Positions 17,760 through 27,972 of a DNA stretch of 64,000 bases are shown here, piece after piece. Origin of the DNA: Candidatus Magasanikiibacteriota bacterium. GTDB taxonomy: Bacteria; Patescibacteriota; Patescibacteriia; Magasanikbacterales; GWA2-37-8. Where the stretch lies: NCBI GenBank assembly GCA_041678665.1, contig JBAYNU010000004.1:12863-76862 (forward strand), given 5' to 3'. Position numbers and translations under genes: made by a program. Numbering within the stretch: the stretch's first letter is position 1; each line of letters starts with the position of its first letter. The notes under the pieces were generated by a model, which was not told the origin of the DNA, did no database searches, and saw only the letters and a program-made list of their open reading frames with translations.

Positions 17760-19194
17760 TGATTTTTTCTACTACTTCAATCACATTTTTCACCGGCGCG
17801 AGTTTGAGGCCGGTGATTTTGTTTTCGTCGGATAAAGAGGGGGTAACAGCGTAAGAGAAACCCAGTTTTTTTATTTCTTCCAAGCGTTTTTTGGTTTGGG
17901 GCACTCCGCGTACTTCGCCGGCTAAGCCCACTTCGCCAAAAGCGGCGAGTCCTGATGGCAGAGTTTTATTTTGAATAGCCGAAGCTACCGCGAGTACTAC
18001 CGCGAGATCAGCTGCTGGTTCGTCGGCCTCCATTCCACCGACAACATTTAAATAAACATCATAACTATCCAAAGGCAATCCGGCGCGTTTGGTTAAAATG
18101 CCAATGAGTACTTGCAGGCGGTTGAGATCAAAGCCACTGGCGCGACGTTGCGGATAGCCGAAATTTGTTTTGGTGACTAGCGCTTGAATTTCTATAAGTA
18201 TTGGCCGCGTGCCTTCCATTAAACAAGTAACTGCCGTGCCCGGCACATTTTCGGCGCGACCGGATAAAAAAGCTTGGCTGGGATTAGCGACTTCTATTAA
18301 TCCAAGTTCACGCATTTCAAAAATTCCCACTTCATCGGTTGAGCCAAACCGATTTTTAACCGCGCGCAAGATGCGAAATCCATGAAAGCGGTCGCCTTCC
18401 AAATATAAAACCGTGTCCACCAAATGTTCCAAAGTTTTTGGTCCGGCTACTTCGCCGCCTTTGGTTACTTGGCCGATTAAAATAATAGTGGTGCCGGTAG
18501 TTTTGGCTATGGCCATCAGTTTGGTGGCGCAGGCGCGGATTTGGTTGACATTACCCGGCGCGCCTTCGGCTTCGTCGGAGTAGAGTGTTTGAATAGAATC
18601 GATGATGACGAGGGCTGGTCGTCCGTTGTCATTCTGAGCGGAGCGTAGCGGAGTCGAAGAATCCCTTTCCGTTTTTGTTTTAAGAGATCCTTCGCTATGC
18701 TCAGGATGACAGTTGTTGATCGTCGCGATCACACTCTCCACATTCGTGGCGCTGACAAAGCGCAATAAAGAGGTATTTATTTTTAGTCGATCAGCCCGCA
18801 GTTTGATTTGTTCAGCGGATTCTTCGCCGGAGATGTATAGCGTATTGGCGACCGCCTGCGCTAATTGTAATGCCAAGGTAGATTTGCCGATGCCCGGTTC
18901 GCCACCCAAAAGTATTAAGCTCCCCGGCACAAATCCACCACCCAGTACCCGGTCAAGTTCGCCTATGCCGGATTTGGTTCGCAAAGTATTAGACGATTTA
19001 ATTTCATCCAATCTCGTCGTTTTTAATGGTTCGTAATTTGAATTTTGAATTTTGGAATTTATTTGGAATTTGTCATTTGAAATTTGGGATTTTTCCAAAG
19101 TTCCCCATTTACCACATTCCAAACATCTACCCGCCCATTTAGAATATTGCGCGTCGCAGTTGGAGCAAACAAATTGGATATTATTTTTGGTCAT
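17752..19194 (-). CDS. radA: DNA repair protein RadA (Sms)
   Basis: CxxC..CxxC Zn finger, GEPGIGKS, IDSIQT, KNRFG, Lon-like C-terminus; start set at MTKNNIQF. Confidence 0.97.
   Translation of the reverse strand: MTKNNIQFVCSNCDAQYSKWAGRCLECGKWGTLEKSQISNDKFQINSKIQNSNYEPLKTTRLDEIKSSNTLRTKSGIGELDRVLGGGFVPGSLILLGGEPGIGKSTLALQLAQAVANTLYISGEESAEQIKLRADRLKINTSLLRFVSATNVESVIATINNCHPEHSEGSLKTKTERDSSTPLRSAQNDNGRPALVIIDSIQTLYSDEAEGAPGNVNQIRACATKLMAIAKTTGTTIILIGQVTKGGEVAGPKTLEHLVDTVLYLEGDRFHGFRILRAVKNRFGSTDEVGIFEMRELGLIEVANPSQAFLSGRAENVPGTAVTCLMEGTRPILIEIQALVTKTNFGYPQRRASGFDLNRLQVLIGILTKRAGLPLDSYDVYLNVVGGMEADEPAADLAVVLAVASAIQNKTLPSGLAAFGEVGLAGEVRGVPQTKKRLEEIKKLGFSYAVTPSLSDENKITGLKLAPVKNVIEVVEKIIK
18627..18711. 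repeat. Complete TGTCAT-family element in frame inside radA
   Basis: TGTCATTCTGAGCGGAGCGTAGCGGAGTCGAAGAATC ... GATCCTTCGCTATGCTCAGGATGACA; encodes CHPEHSEGSLKTKTERDSSTPLRSAQND just before Walker B. Confidence 0.92.
19035..19095 (-). repeat. CAAAT-family array in frame inside radA
   Basis: Encodes EKSQISNDKFQINSKIQNSN after the Zn finger. Confidence 0.88.
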
Positions 19195-19195
19195 A

Positions 19196-20347
19196 TTAAT
19201 GGCAAGCAGCGGACATTCTTGGTTTTTCAAAATGCCAGGCTTCCGAATCTAGTACGCAGAAACCTTCTTCTTTCATGGCGGTTATTAAAGCCGCTTGGCA
19301 GGGATTTTTTCGGCAAGGATCGGTGGTTGGATCTTTGGTGCAGTATTTTTGTAAGATGCACTGACTGCCATTTTTCGTTCCCCACATATCTACGGCCATT
19401 CCGGTAGTATGCGGGCAATTGAGTGGGTTTTTGTCGCGTAAAATACAAGTGTTAGGTTTTCCTTCTATTGGATCACAAGTAATGGATCCGGGTAGATTTT
19501 TACAGTTTGCCAAAATTAGACGATATTGATCTTGAAGTGCGCGCCAACCAGAAGTAATTGATACATTAATACCAACGGATTTCATTTTTTGAGCGACAGC
19601 GGCTACGTCTTCTAATAGGTCTGAATTTATAGCAATGGTGCCATTGGTAGAAATATTATCTATGTTTCTAATGATAACTCTTTTTTCAATATCTCCGGTA
19701 GGTACAAAATCCACCGCGTCACTTTCTTCTTCTATTTGAATGGGTGTAATAAATTTTATTTTTAAACTTTTAAATTCTACCAGGTCGGGGTTGATCGTTT
19801 TTAATAGAATATATGATCCCCAAATTAAAATTAAACCGATGACAGCTTCACCAATGCGTTTGTAAGCGGTCGTTTTTTCTTCCCCACCACCAGAGGTAAT
19901 TATTTTTATTCCTTGAAGAATAATTACTATAGCCGCCGCGATTGAACTAATGATAATTCCAACTTTATATAAAGCGGAGAGAAATTCACCGATCCATGGA
20001 ATATACAAATAGCCAGCTTCATCCAGCGCGTTTTTGGGGTCAATAACAGTATATTTAAGATAGGGAATGTGAATGGAATTCCGTGGGGTGATCAGCTCGT
20101 CAATCGGCTCGGTAAGTTGAATTGATTCGTCGGCAGAAGTGTCCTTAATGCAGTAATACTTTCCTTCGTTGTTGGCTACACTACTACAAAGCATTCCCAC
20201 CTTGGCGCAATTCAGCGTTTTGCATTGCATTTCTCTGCTTCCCTGCTCTATTGCTTGGTCAGTCAGTATGTCCATAGGCAAAGCTAAAACCGATTTGGTT
20301 GGTAGTAATATTGCCAAAAACGAAATGATTATTATGATTTTTTTCAT
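19196..20347 (-). CDS. Exported pilin-like (VirB2/TrbC-like hairpin) membrane protein with C-terminal M15 (VanY-like) peptidase
   Basis: Signal peptide; GIKIITSGG..AYKRI..AVIGL..ILLKTINPDL; SGWR, H-TTGMAVD, EAWHFE; Cys-rich. Confidence 0.7.
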   Translation of the reverse strand: MKKIIIIISFLAILLPTKSVLALPMDILTDQAIEQGSREMQCKTLNCAKVGMLCSSVANNEGKYYCIKDTSADESIQLTEPIDELITPRNSIHIPYLKYTVIDPKNALDEAGYLYIPWIGEFLSALYKVGIIISSIAAAIVIILQGIKIITSGGGEEKTTAYKRIGEAVIGLILIWGSYILLKTINPDLVEFKSLKIKFITPIQIEEESDAVDFVPTGDIEKRVIIRNIDNISTNGTIAINSDLLEDVAAVAQKMKSVGINVSITSGWRALQDQYRLILANCKNLPGSITCDPIEGKPNTCILRDKNPLNCPHTTGMAVDMWGTKNGSQCILQKYCTKDPTTDPCRKNPCQAALITAMKEEGFCVLDSEAWHFEKPRMSAACH

Positions 20348-20357
20348 AATATTTAAC

Positions 20358-21023
20358 TTATTGAGTGCTCACGGTAGTAAATTTGTTTAGCAATTCTTCA
20401 ATGTTTATGTCATCCATCAAATTTATTTTTTTGTTATTTACAAAGATAGCCGGTAATTCCACTACGCCCAAACTTTTAGCCAAAGCCATAGATTCAGCAA
20501 TTTTATTTTGGGTAGTAGTCGCGGTGCGGCAGATTTGCCATTTATTTATATCCAAATTTAAACTTTGTGCCACCTTATTTAAACCGCTTTCTTTTAAGTT
20601 ATTTTTGTCCGTCATTACTAAATTAACAAACGGGAAGAATTGTCCCTGTTCGTAGGCGCAATAGGCGGCTAAATGGGCGGGTAAATTACCGGTGCTAAGT
20701 AGAGTCATTTGCGGGGTGTCTTTCCAAATTAAGCGGGCTTTTTCTGGATTTTCTCTGATGAATTTGGTAATGGCGTAAGTTATTTCACCACAACGTTTAC
20801 AGCCTAGGTCAGCGAATAGCACGATCCAAAGTTTGGCGCCCGGGTTACCAAAAGTGGGATCGGCGGGGAAGATGGGAATGTAGGTAGCGGTGGAATTAAC
20901 AATAGGTGTTTCGACGTAATTCGTAACAATGGAGCGCGCTTCTTTTATTTTGATGATTAATAGCAAAATAACACCAGCGATAAGCAATATTAAAATGAGA
21001 TAGAATTTTTTATGATGGGACAT
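20358..21023 (-). CDS. Membrane-anchored DsbA-like thioredoxin-fold protein
   Basis: DPTFGNPGA, FADLGCKRC, AAYCAYEQGQF, LGVVELPAIFVN; start uncertain. Confidence 0.8.
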   Translation of the reverse strand: MSHHKKFYLILILLIAGVILLLIIKIKEARSIVTNYVETPIVNSTATYIPIFPADPTFGNPGAKLWIVLFADLGCKRCGEITYAITKFIRENPEKARLIWKDTPQMTLLSTGNLPAHLAAYCAYEQGQFFPFVNLVMTDKNNLKESGLNKVAQSLNLDINKWQICRTATTTQNKIAESMALAKSLGVVELPAIFVNNKKINLMDDINIEELLNKFTTVSTQ

Positions 21024-21057
21024 ATTAAAAAGTAGTAAGCAAATAGTCAAGTTAAGA

Positions 21058-22284
21058 TTATAAGTTAGCTTGAAAGATGCCGGTTTTGTTTTTGTCGGTA
21101 AAAATAACTTTATTATTTAAATTATCATATTCAATCGTGTTGATATTATAATCATCGCCCAAGGGAATTTCCGTTTGCAGTCCGGTATTAGTGTCAATTT
21201 TTATTAAGTCATAATTACTATCGGCGGCAATTTCCGGCATCAGCCCTGCTCCTTTTATCAGATCACGGGGAACAGCGCAGTAAAGCACTTGCTCATTGGC
21301 AAAAGTACATTTTTCCGCCCAAGTGTAAGTTTTTAACATTTTACGACCAGTATTAATATCATCGCCATAAGCGTTGGTAATCCATAATTCCGGTTTTAAA
21401 TCACTACGGTCGCTCCAAACACTATAAAGCAGACGTTTGCCTGAAGGCGACCATTGTTCCTCAAATCCCCAACCTTCGGTGGTTAGCCCGCGGAAGTTTT
21501 CGTGATTAAGGCCAACCAACAAAATTTCGCGTCTTTGGTCTCCGATTGGTTCGGCGGTTTGTGAGAAGGCCAAGGTTTGGCGGCTGGGCGACCAGTCAAC
21601 AGTTACTTTGTCGGCGTTAGCTCCCATCGGTTCGATGATTTTGGTGTGAGTGCCGTCGGAGTCTACGGTTATTAACCAACGATTTTCTTCCGCCACGCCG
21701 ATACTTTTGGCGCCGATTTGATCATCGGTTGGTGAAAAAGAAAATTCTTCCCAATGTTGTGGCAGGGTTATTTGTTTTTGTTTATCAAAGTCATAAACTA
21801 TTTTGTTGGCATCGGGATATTCAATCACGGCTTTATTGGAAGTGTTGCCCCAGGTAACATCGGAGACATTATAAAATACCTGATCAGATAGTGCGGTAAT
21901 TGTGCCGTCAGCGGAGCGTTTATAAAATTTGCCATTGGCGGCATTGTAGTAACGAAGCGAACTGTCTTTACTAACGGAATTGTAGACGGCATAATCGGAA
22001 ACAATTTTGGTTACCGGTTCTTTTTTAAAGTAACTGTCACTTACTCCCGGAATGTTGCCGGCTTGGGGCAGGCTACCGGTGCCGGTTTGTCCTGTAGTAG
22101 TGGTCGTCGGTCTTTCTCCAGCCGCCGGAAATTGTCCGGTAGTGGAAGCGCCCGGAATAATTTGCCCCGGGGTAACAAAGCCACCGGTAGTTTTTTTAAA
22201 CATATAATAAAGCGCTAAAGCAATGGCGCTGGCCAGTATTAGCAGTCCGATGGCGAGTAGTATTTTTTTTAGGCGAGTAGACAT
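21058..22284 (-). CDS. Membrane-anchored beta-propeller (TolB-like) hypothetical protein
   Basis: N-terminal TM, Thr/Gly linker, FSFSP / WSPS repeats. Confidence 0.65.
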   Translation of the reverse strand: MSTRLKKILLAIGLLILASAIALALYYMFKKTTGGFVTPGQIIPGASTTGQFPAAGERPTTTTTGQTGTGSLPQAGNIPGVSDSYFKKEPVTKIVSDYAVYNSVSKDSSLRYYNAANGKFYKRSADGTITALSDQVFYNVSDVTWGNTSNKAVIEYPDANKIVYDFDKQKQITLPQHWEEFSFSPTDDQIGAKSIGVAEENRWLITVDSDGTHTKIIEPMGANADKVTVDWSPSRQTLAFSQTAEPIGDQRREILLVGLNHENFRGLTTEGWGFEEQWSPSGKRLLYSVWSDRSDLKPELWITNAYGDDINTGRKMLKTYTWAEKCTFANEQVLYCAVPRDLIKGAGLMPEIAADSNYDLIKIDTNTGLQTEIPLGDDYNINTIEYDNLNNKVIFTDKNKTGIFQANL

Positions 22285-22300
22285 AAAATTTTTTTAGTTT

Positions 22301-23350
22301 TTAAATACGTGAAATTATGCGGTCGCGTAGTGCTTCTCTTTCTATTTTTGGTTCTAATTTTTTGATAGCATTGTCTATGCCGCTGATAATTTTTTTAAAG
22401 GCAATTTTTAATTTACCAAATGCCAAACCGTATATAAAATAAAATAATAGTAGAGGTGAGAAAAAAATGATAAAAATATTTGTCCAAGAAAAATGTATCA
22501 ACCATAATTTTAATCCTTCCGCCATTCCCGCCCAAAATATTAATCTATTTATTTTATTTTTTAATTCTTGCAATTTGGTAATCGCCTTTTGTATAGCCGG
22601 GGCGCGATTCTGCCCTTTTATTTGTTTAAGCTCTGTAAATACATCAGTGATTTCGTCGGCTAGTTTAGGTAACAGAGTTTTGATTACCATTGTTACTGCC
22701 GGAGAATTAATCATGTCGTCAGAATCTTTGGATAGTTCTTGCAATTCCGCTTCCGCCTGTTTAGATTCTTCTAAGCGTTGTTGTTGGCGTTGCTGGTCTA
22801 ATTCCGCGGCAATTGTTTGTGGGTCATCTTGATTAGGGTTGCTGTCGGCTGGCGGTGAAACATCTTCGTCTTTGGCGGTTTTTTCGGTTTTTTCCGGAGG
22901 CGCAGAGGTATTGGCTTCTGCTGGCGGTTGATCAAGAGTTTCGTCTGATACTAAAGGGGTAAGTTCCTCAGCGCCGGGCGACCCCGGGTTTATTGTTTGG
23001 GGTCGAGGAAAAGTTTGAGAGGCGGTAAAATTTGGTTTTTTCATATCTATGCCAGCTTGTGGTTGTTCTTCCGGTTTGAGGGTAGGTGGCTCGTTTGAAA
23101 TGTTGGTTTTTTTGTCTTCTTCCTCGCCTTCTTCTCCCTCCGGTGTTTTGATGTTGATTTCAATGCTATTATCATCCAGTTTATTCACTCCTTTTCCTTC
23201 TACCGAGTTAATAGTCAAATTATTATCGGAATCATTATTGGTTGAGTTGGTCTCAATTTTAATCTTATCCGGATTTTTGCTGGATATCTGGGGCGGGGTC
23301 ACTGGTTTTTCTTTTTGGTCGTTATCTTTTATTTCTTGATCATCGGTCAT
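22301..23350 (-). CDS. Hypothetical protein, acidic/Pro-rich disordered N-terminus, coiled coil, C-terminal TM
   Basis: Long ORF, low-complexity composition, co-oriented in cluster. Confidence 0.65.
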   Translation of the reverse strand: MTDDQEIKDNDQKEKPVTPPQISSKNPDKIKIETNSTNNDSDNNLTINSVEGKGVNKLDDNSIEINIKTPEGEEGEEEDKKTNISNEPPTLKPEEQPQAGIDMKKPNFTASQTFPRPQTINPGSPGAEELTPLVSDETLDQPPAEANTSAPPEKTEKTAKDEDVSPPADSNPNQDDPQTIAAELDQQRQQQRLEESKQAEAELQELSKDSDDMINSPAVTMVIKTLLPKLADEITDVFTELKQIKGQNRAPAIQKAITKLQELKNKINRLIFWAGMAEGLKLWLIHFSWTNIFIIFFSPLLLFYFIYGLAFGKLKIAFKKIISGIDNAIKKLEPKIEREALRDRIISRI

Positions 23351-23388
23351 AATCACGTATCACACGGCACATATTAGATGTTGTGTAT

Positions 23389-25920
23389 TTAGCTAATTGT
23401 TAGTTTATTATTTTTTACTGTTAATTCGTATTGTTTCTTTATTTTGTTATTTAGAATGATTTCGGATATTAAGGTCTCTATATTATTTTGAATATAACGG
23501 TGTAAATTACGTGCCGGAGCGTCTTGGCTGGTAAGTTTGTCAACAATAAATTGGATGGCGGTGTCAGTTGGTTGGATGGCGGTGTGGTAATTTTGTAAAC
23601 GTCTATTAAGTGTATTTATTTCTAAGCTAGCGATTTGGTTTAGGTCAGCAGTGGTGAGGTTGTTAAAATAACAGATGGCGTCCAGACGGTTGATAAACTC
23701 GGGAGAGAAATATTCCTTAAGTTTGTCGTCTATAAAAGAGTGATTTAAATAAGGGGAATTACCAAAACCGATAGCGCCTTTTTTGGCATCTATCGCCCCG
23801 ACATTAGTAGTTAATATTATTATAGCATGTCTAAGGGAAATTTGCTTGCCCGAGGCATCGGTAATTTGTCCGTTTTCTAAAATTTGCAGCAGTAGCTTGT
23901 TTACGTCTCGGTGCGCTTTGTCTACTTCATCAAATAGAATTACGCGATAAGGATTAAGTTTAATTTTATCGGTAAAATTATTAGCTTCTTTAAAACCAAT
24001 ATAACCGGCAGGAGAGCCTAATAATTTGGCAGTGCTGTGTTGTTCATTGAACTCGCTCATGTCCAGTTTGATGAAGGCGTCCGAATCGGGATAAAGTGTC
24101 TGTGCCAAGACTTTGGCTAATTCTGTTTTACCCACTCCGCTTGAGCCAACAAATAAGAAGGAAGCCAAGGGTCTTTCGAAACTGCTTAATCCGAGTTGTC
24201 CTCTTTGGATGGCTTTGGCGACAATAGCGACTGATTCGTCTTGGCCGATAATATATTTTTTGAGGTTTGTTTCCAATTGAATCCAGCGATTTTTATCATC
24301 AAGCATGATTTGCGCCGCCATGGTGCCGGTAATTTTGGCTATCTGTTCGGCTACTTGTCGCGCGGTGATGGTACCGGCGGATTTTATTTTTTTCTTTTTT
24401 CCAGATTCGATCTGTTTTTGAATTAAAGCGTGTAATTTTTTTTCTTCGGTTTTTAGTTTAAGCGCTTCGTCAAATTGGTTTTGTCCGGCGGCGGATTCTT
24501 TGGCCAAAATAGTTTGTTCCAGTTTTTGTTCTAGACGCTGAATCTTATTTTGCCAAGGGGAATTTTTGGACTTCACGCGTTTGGCGGCCGCCGTTTCGTC
24601 TAGTAAGTCAATGGCTTTATCGGGTAAAAATTTACCGGTAATATAGCGTTCCGATAATTTAACCGCCGCTTCCACCGCTTCGTCGGTAATTTTAACATTA
24701 TGAAATAATTCATAATTTTTTTTCAATCCTTTTAATATTATGATAGCATCTGTAGTGGTCGGTTCTTTTATAATGATAGGTTGAAAACGGCGTTCCAAAG
24801 CAGAATCATTTTCAATATATTTTTTAAATTCCGGAGGAGTAGTAGAACCAATACAGCGTAGCTGCCCGCGCGCTAAGGCCGGTTTTAGAATATTGGCTGC
24901 GTCCATCGCCCCTTGGTTGGAACCGGCACCCACAATATTATGAATTTCATCAATAAATAAGATAATATTAGGATCACTCGCGACATCATCTATCACTTCT
25001 TTAAGTCGCGCCTCAAATTCACCGCGATAAATGGTGCCGGCGATTAAAAGCCCCATGTCCAAAGCATAGATTTTTTTGTTTAAAAGCAGATCTGGCACAT
25101 CGCCGGTTGTAATTTTTTTGGCCAGACCTTCCACGATTGCCGTTTTACCTACGCCCGGATCGCCCAGTAGTATTGGATTATTTTTGGTGCGGCGGCAAAG
25201 GATTTGGATCAGCCGTTCAATTTCCGTATCGCGTCCGATTACTGGATCAATATTTTTTTGAGTGGCTTGGTCGGTAAGATTAATGGCAAAAAATTCTAAA
25301 GCATTATCTGTGTTCGTCATGTTTCCGGAGGGGGATTTACTTTTGGTAGTTGATTTTTTAGAATGCGCAATGGGTGACGCTATTGGGTGATTATCCAGAT
25401 GTTCATTAATTTTTTCGATAGTTTCGGCTACTTCGGTCATGCGCGGAAATTGAGTGGCATTATTTAGAACGATGTTGATTTGTTTTTCCAATTCCGTTGT
25501 TTTTATTCCGTTTAGTTTGAAAATTTCATTTATTTTAGGGTCGTTAATAGCGGTGATGGCCGCCAGTAAATGTTCGGTTCCCAAATAATTGTGGTGATTT
25601 TGTTGGGCTAGATAAAGGGCTTTTTCCAAAGTGATTTTTGTAGTGGGAGCAAGCGGAGTGATAGTTTTTTCGGCGGTGGCTTGGGGAGTTTGTCTGGCGG
25701 TATTTTTGGTGCTGGGTAAATTAATAATAAATTGTTCAATAATTTTTGGGTCAATTTTAAAACGGTTAATAATTTCTGCTCCCACCGCGCCTTTTTGGTT
25801 TTGTAAAACAAAAAGAATATGGATTAATTCCACTTGCGGATTTTGGAGTTCGGTTGCCAGGGCGATTGCCCGAGATAGCACTTCTTTAAGGTGGGTAGAA
25901 AAACGTTCCAACAAGTCCAT
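23389..25920 (-). CDS. clpC: ATP-dependent Clp protease ATPase subunit (ClpC-like)
   Basis: Clp N repeats, [36 protein letters not shown]-like coil. Confidence 0.92.
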   Translation of the reverse strand: MDLLERFSTHLKEVLSRAIALATELQNPQVELIHILFVLQNQKGAVGAEIINRFKIDPKIIEQFIINLPSTKNTARQTPQATAEKTITPLAPTTKITLEKALYLAQQNHHNYLGTEHLLAAITAINDPKINEIFKLNGIKTTELEKQINIVLNNATQFPRMTEVAETIEKINEHLDNHPIASPIAHSKKSTTKSKSPSGNMTNTDNALEFFAINLTDQATQKNIDPVIGRDTEIERLIQILCRRTKNNPILLGDPGVGKTAIVEGLAKKITTGDVPDLLLNKKIYALDMGLLIAGTIYRGEFEARLKEVIDDVASDPNIILFIDEIHNIVGAGSNQGAMDAANILKPALARGQLRCIGSTTPPEFKKYIENDSALERRFQPIIIKEPTTTDAIIILKGLKKNYELFHNVKITDEAVEAAVKLSERYITGKFLPDKAIDLLDETAAAKRVKSKNSPWQNKIQRLEQKLEQTILAKESAAGQNQFDEALKLKTEEKKLHALIQKQIESGKKKKIKSAGTITARQVAEQIAKITGTMAAQIMLDDKNRWIQLETNLKKYIIGQDESVAIVAKAIQRGQLGLSSFERPLASFLFVGSSGVGKTELAKVLAQTLYPDSDAFIKLDMSEFNEQHSTAKLLGSPAGYIGFKEANNFTDKIKLNPYRVILFDEVDKAHRDVNKLLLQILENGQITDASGKQISLRHAIIILTTNVGAIDAKKGAIGFGNSPYLNHSFIDDKLKEYFSPEFINRLDAICYFNNLTTADLNQIASLEINTLNRRLQNYHTAIQPTDTAIQFIVDKLTSQDAPARNLHRYIQNNIETLISEIILNNKIKKQYELTVKNNKLTIS

Positions 25921-25931
25921 AGAAATATATT

Positions 25932-26011
25932 AAAACATGAAAACACCAGAACATAAAAACAATTAATATTTTATTGGTTTTTATGTCTAGTGTTATTGTA
26001 TTTTCATGTTC
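25932..26011. repeat. AAAACATG-type octamer inverted array in clpC 5' leader
   Basis: AAAACATG AAAACACC AGAACATA AAAACAAT ... TTTTATGT CTAGTGTT ... TTTCATGTT; promoter TTGAAT-17-TACAAT just upstream on minus strand. Confidence 0.65.
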
Positions 26012-26053
26012 AGTATTGTATACTAAATTAACCTTTTATTCAAGCGAAAAAGT

Positions 26054-27913
26054 ATGGTTAATACAAGTGTTTTTAAGGCGCTACCAGAGCTAAAAAATTT
26101 AGGGCTAGTAGACAGCGCTTTTTTGAATATAAAAAAGTGGCTAGAAGATGACAATTATAAGGAGTATTGGGCGGAGATCAAGGCGTTGATTGCAGACAAG
26201 AATGTTAATGAGCTGAATAACGCTTTTTATAAAGTGATTCCTTTTGGCACAGGCGGGCGCAGAGGCAAAATGGGCGCTGGTACCAATCGGATTAATAGTC
26301 GGGCTATTGCCGAATCGGCGCAGGGCTTTGCGCAGTATTTGTTTACTGTTTTTGGAGAAAAAGCGGCGCGCGAGCGGGGCGTGGTAATAACTTATGATGT
26401 GCGCCATCATTCGTTGGATTTTGCGCGGGTGGCGGCAGAAGTGTTTGTTGCCAATGGTTTAAAAGTGTATTTTTTTGATGGTATTCGTTCCACTCCGCAA
26501 TTGTCTTTTACTATTCGGTATAAAAAAGCAATCGGCGGTGTGATGATTAGCGCTTCGCACAATCCGCCGAGCGACAATGGCATCAAAATTTATTGGGAAT
26601 ATGGCGGGCAGGTGGTGCCGCCGCATGATTTAAATATTATTAAAGAAGTAAACAGTATTAGGGATGTTAAGCAAATAGATTTTGATGAAGCTTTAAACAG
26701 GGGCAAAATTATTATGCTCGGCAATGAGGCCGACCAAGCTTACGCAGCGACTGTGAGTAGTTTATCGCTTGGAGATTATCGTGATGCCAAGATTATTTTT
26801 ACCCCGCTTAATGGCTGTGCCGGTACTTCTTTTTTGCCGGTACTGCGCCGGGTGGGGTTTAAAAATATTATTGAGGTACAAGAACAAATGGCCGGTGATC
26901 CAGATTTTAGTGCTGTGGCCAAACAAATTCCCAATCCCGAAGTGCCGATTTCTTTGGATTTGGCAATTAATTATGCCCGGCAAAATAGCGCGGATTTGGT
27001 GGTGGCGGCCGACCCCGATGCCGACCGGATCGGCGTGGTGAGTCGCAAGAGTTTTAATAATGATGAATATGTTTTTTTAAATGGCAATCAAATTGGGGTG
27101 CTGCTTCTAAATTATATTATTCAAGAATTAAATAATAAAAACGCTTTACCAAAAAATGCGGTAGTAATCAAAACGGCCGTCACTACCGAACTGCTGGCGC
27201 AAATCGCGCGTGCCCACGGTATTGAAGTAATAGGGGATTTGCCGGTGGGTTTTAAATATATCGCTGATGCTATGGAAACGCGTTTGGCGGGTAGAACATT
27301 TTTGTTTGGCACCGAAGAAAGCCACGGGTATTTATACGGCGATTATGCCCGCGATAAAGATGGCGCGGTGGCGGCGTTGCTTATCTGTGAATACGCTTCT
27401 TTGCTCAAACGATCCGGCCGAACCCTGTTTGAACAGCTGGAAGAAATCAAAAAAGAATACGGTTATTATCGCGAACTGTTGCAATCGGTGTTTTATCCCG
27501 GCATGGATGGTATGGATAAAATGAGCGCGATTATGAATGCCCTGCGCGCTAACTTACCGCAAGAAATTGCCGGATTAAAAGTGGTAGAAATTTTGGATCA
27601 ATTAAATAAAACCGTGATCGATCCGGCGACTGGTAAGCGGGCCGGAGAATATGTTGGATTTTCGGACAACGCTTTGGTATTTTATTTAAATAAAGAAAAA
27701 TCCATTCGGGTGGTGGCGCGGCCATCGGGTACCGAGCCAAAAATAAAATTTTATGCGGCAGTGGGTAAGACAGTGGGTAAAGAAAAAAGCGAAGCGGAAT
27801 ATTTGGCGATAAAAAAGGAATGTGATCAGTTAGCCTATCAAATTGTGGATGAAATGGTAAAAATTTCCGATAAAATTTCTCCGGGCGGAGAAAAGTTTGA
27901 GGTGTTGGGATAA
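26054..27913 (+). CDS. Phosphoglucomutase/phosphomannomutase family protein
   Basis: FGTGGRRG, ISASHNP, DPDADR, GTEESHG, RPSGTEPKIKFY. Confidence 0.93.
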   Translation: MVNTSVFKALPELKNLGLVDSAFLNIKKWLEDDNYKEYWAEIKALIADKNVNELNNAFYKVIPFGTGGRRGKMGAGTNRINSRAIAESAQGFAQYLFTVFGEKAARERGVVITYDVRHHSLDFARVAAEVFVANGLKVYFFDGIRSTPQLSFTIRYKKAIGGVMISASHNPPSDNGIKIYWEYGGQVVPPHDLNIIKEVNSIRDVKQIDFDEALNRGKIIMLGNEADQAYAATVSSLSLGDYRDAKIIFTPLNGCAGTSFLPVLRRVGFKNIIEVQEQMAGDPDFSAVAKQIPNPEVPISLDLAINYARQNSADLVVAADPDADRIGVVSRKSFNNDEYVFLNGNQIGVLLLNYIIQELNNKNALPKNAVVIKTAVTTELLAQIARAHGIEVIGDLPVGFKYIADAMETRLAGRTFLFGTEESHGYLYGDYARDKDGAVAALLICEYASLLKRSGRTLFEQLEEIKKEYGYYRELLQSVFYPGMDGMDKMSAIMNALRANLPQEIAGLKVVEILDQLNKTVIDPATGKRAGEYVGFSDNALVFYLNKEKSIRVVARPSGTEPKIKFYAAVGKTVGKEKSEAEYLAIKKECDQLAYQIVDEMVKISDKISPGGEKFEVLG

Positions 27914-27928
27914 ATATTTTGGAAAATC

Positions 27929-27958
27929 AAAAAACAGACGGTATTTGTCTGTTTTTTT
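27929..27958. terminator. Bidirectional terminator
   Basis: AAAAAACAGAC...GTCTGTTTTTT between convergent genes. Confidence 0.7.
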
Positions 27959-27972
27959 GTAGAATATTATTT

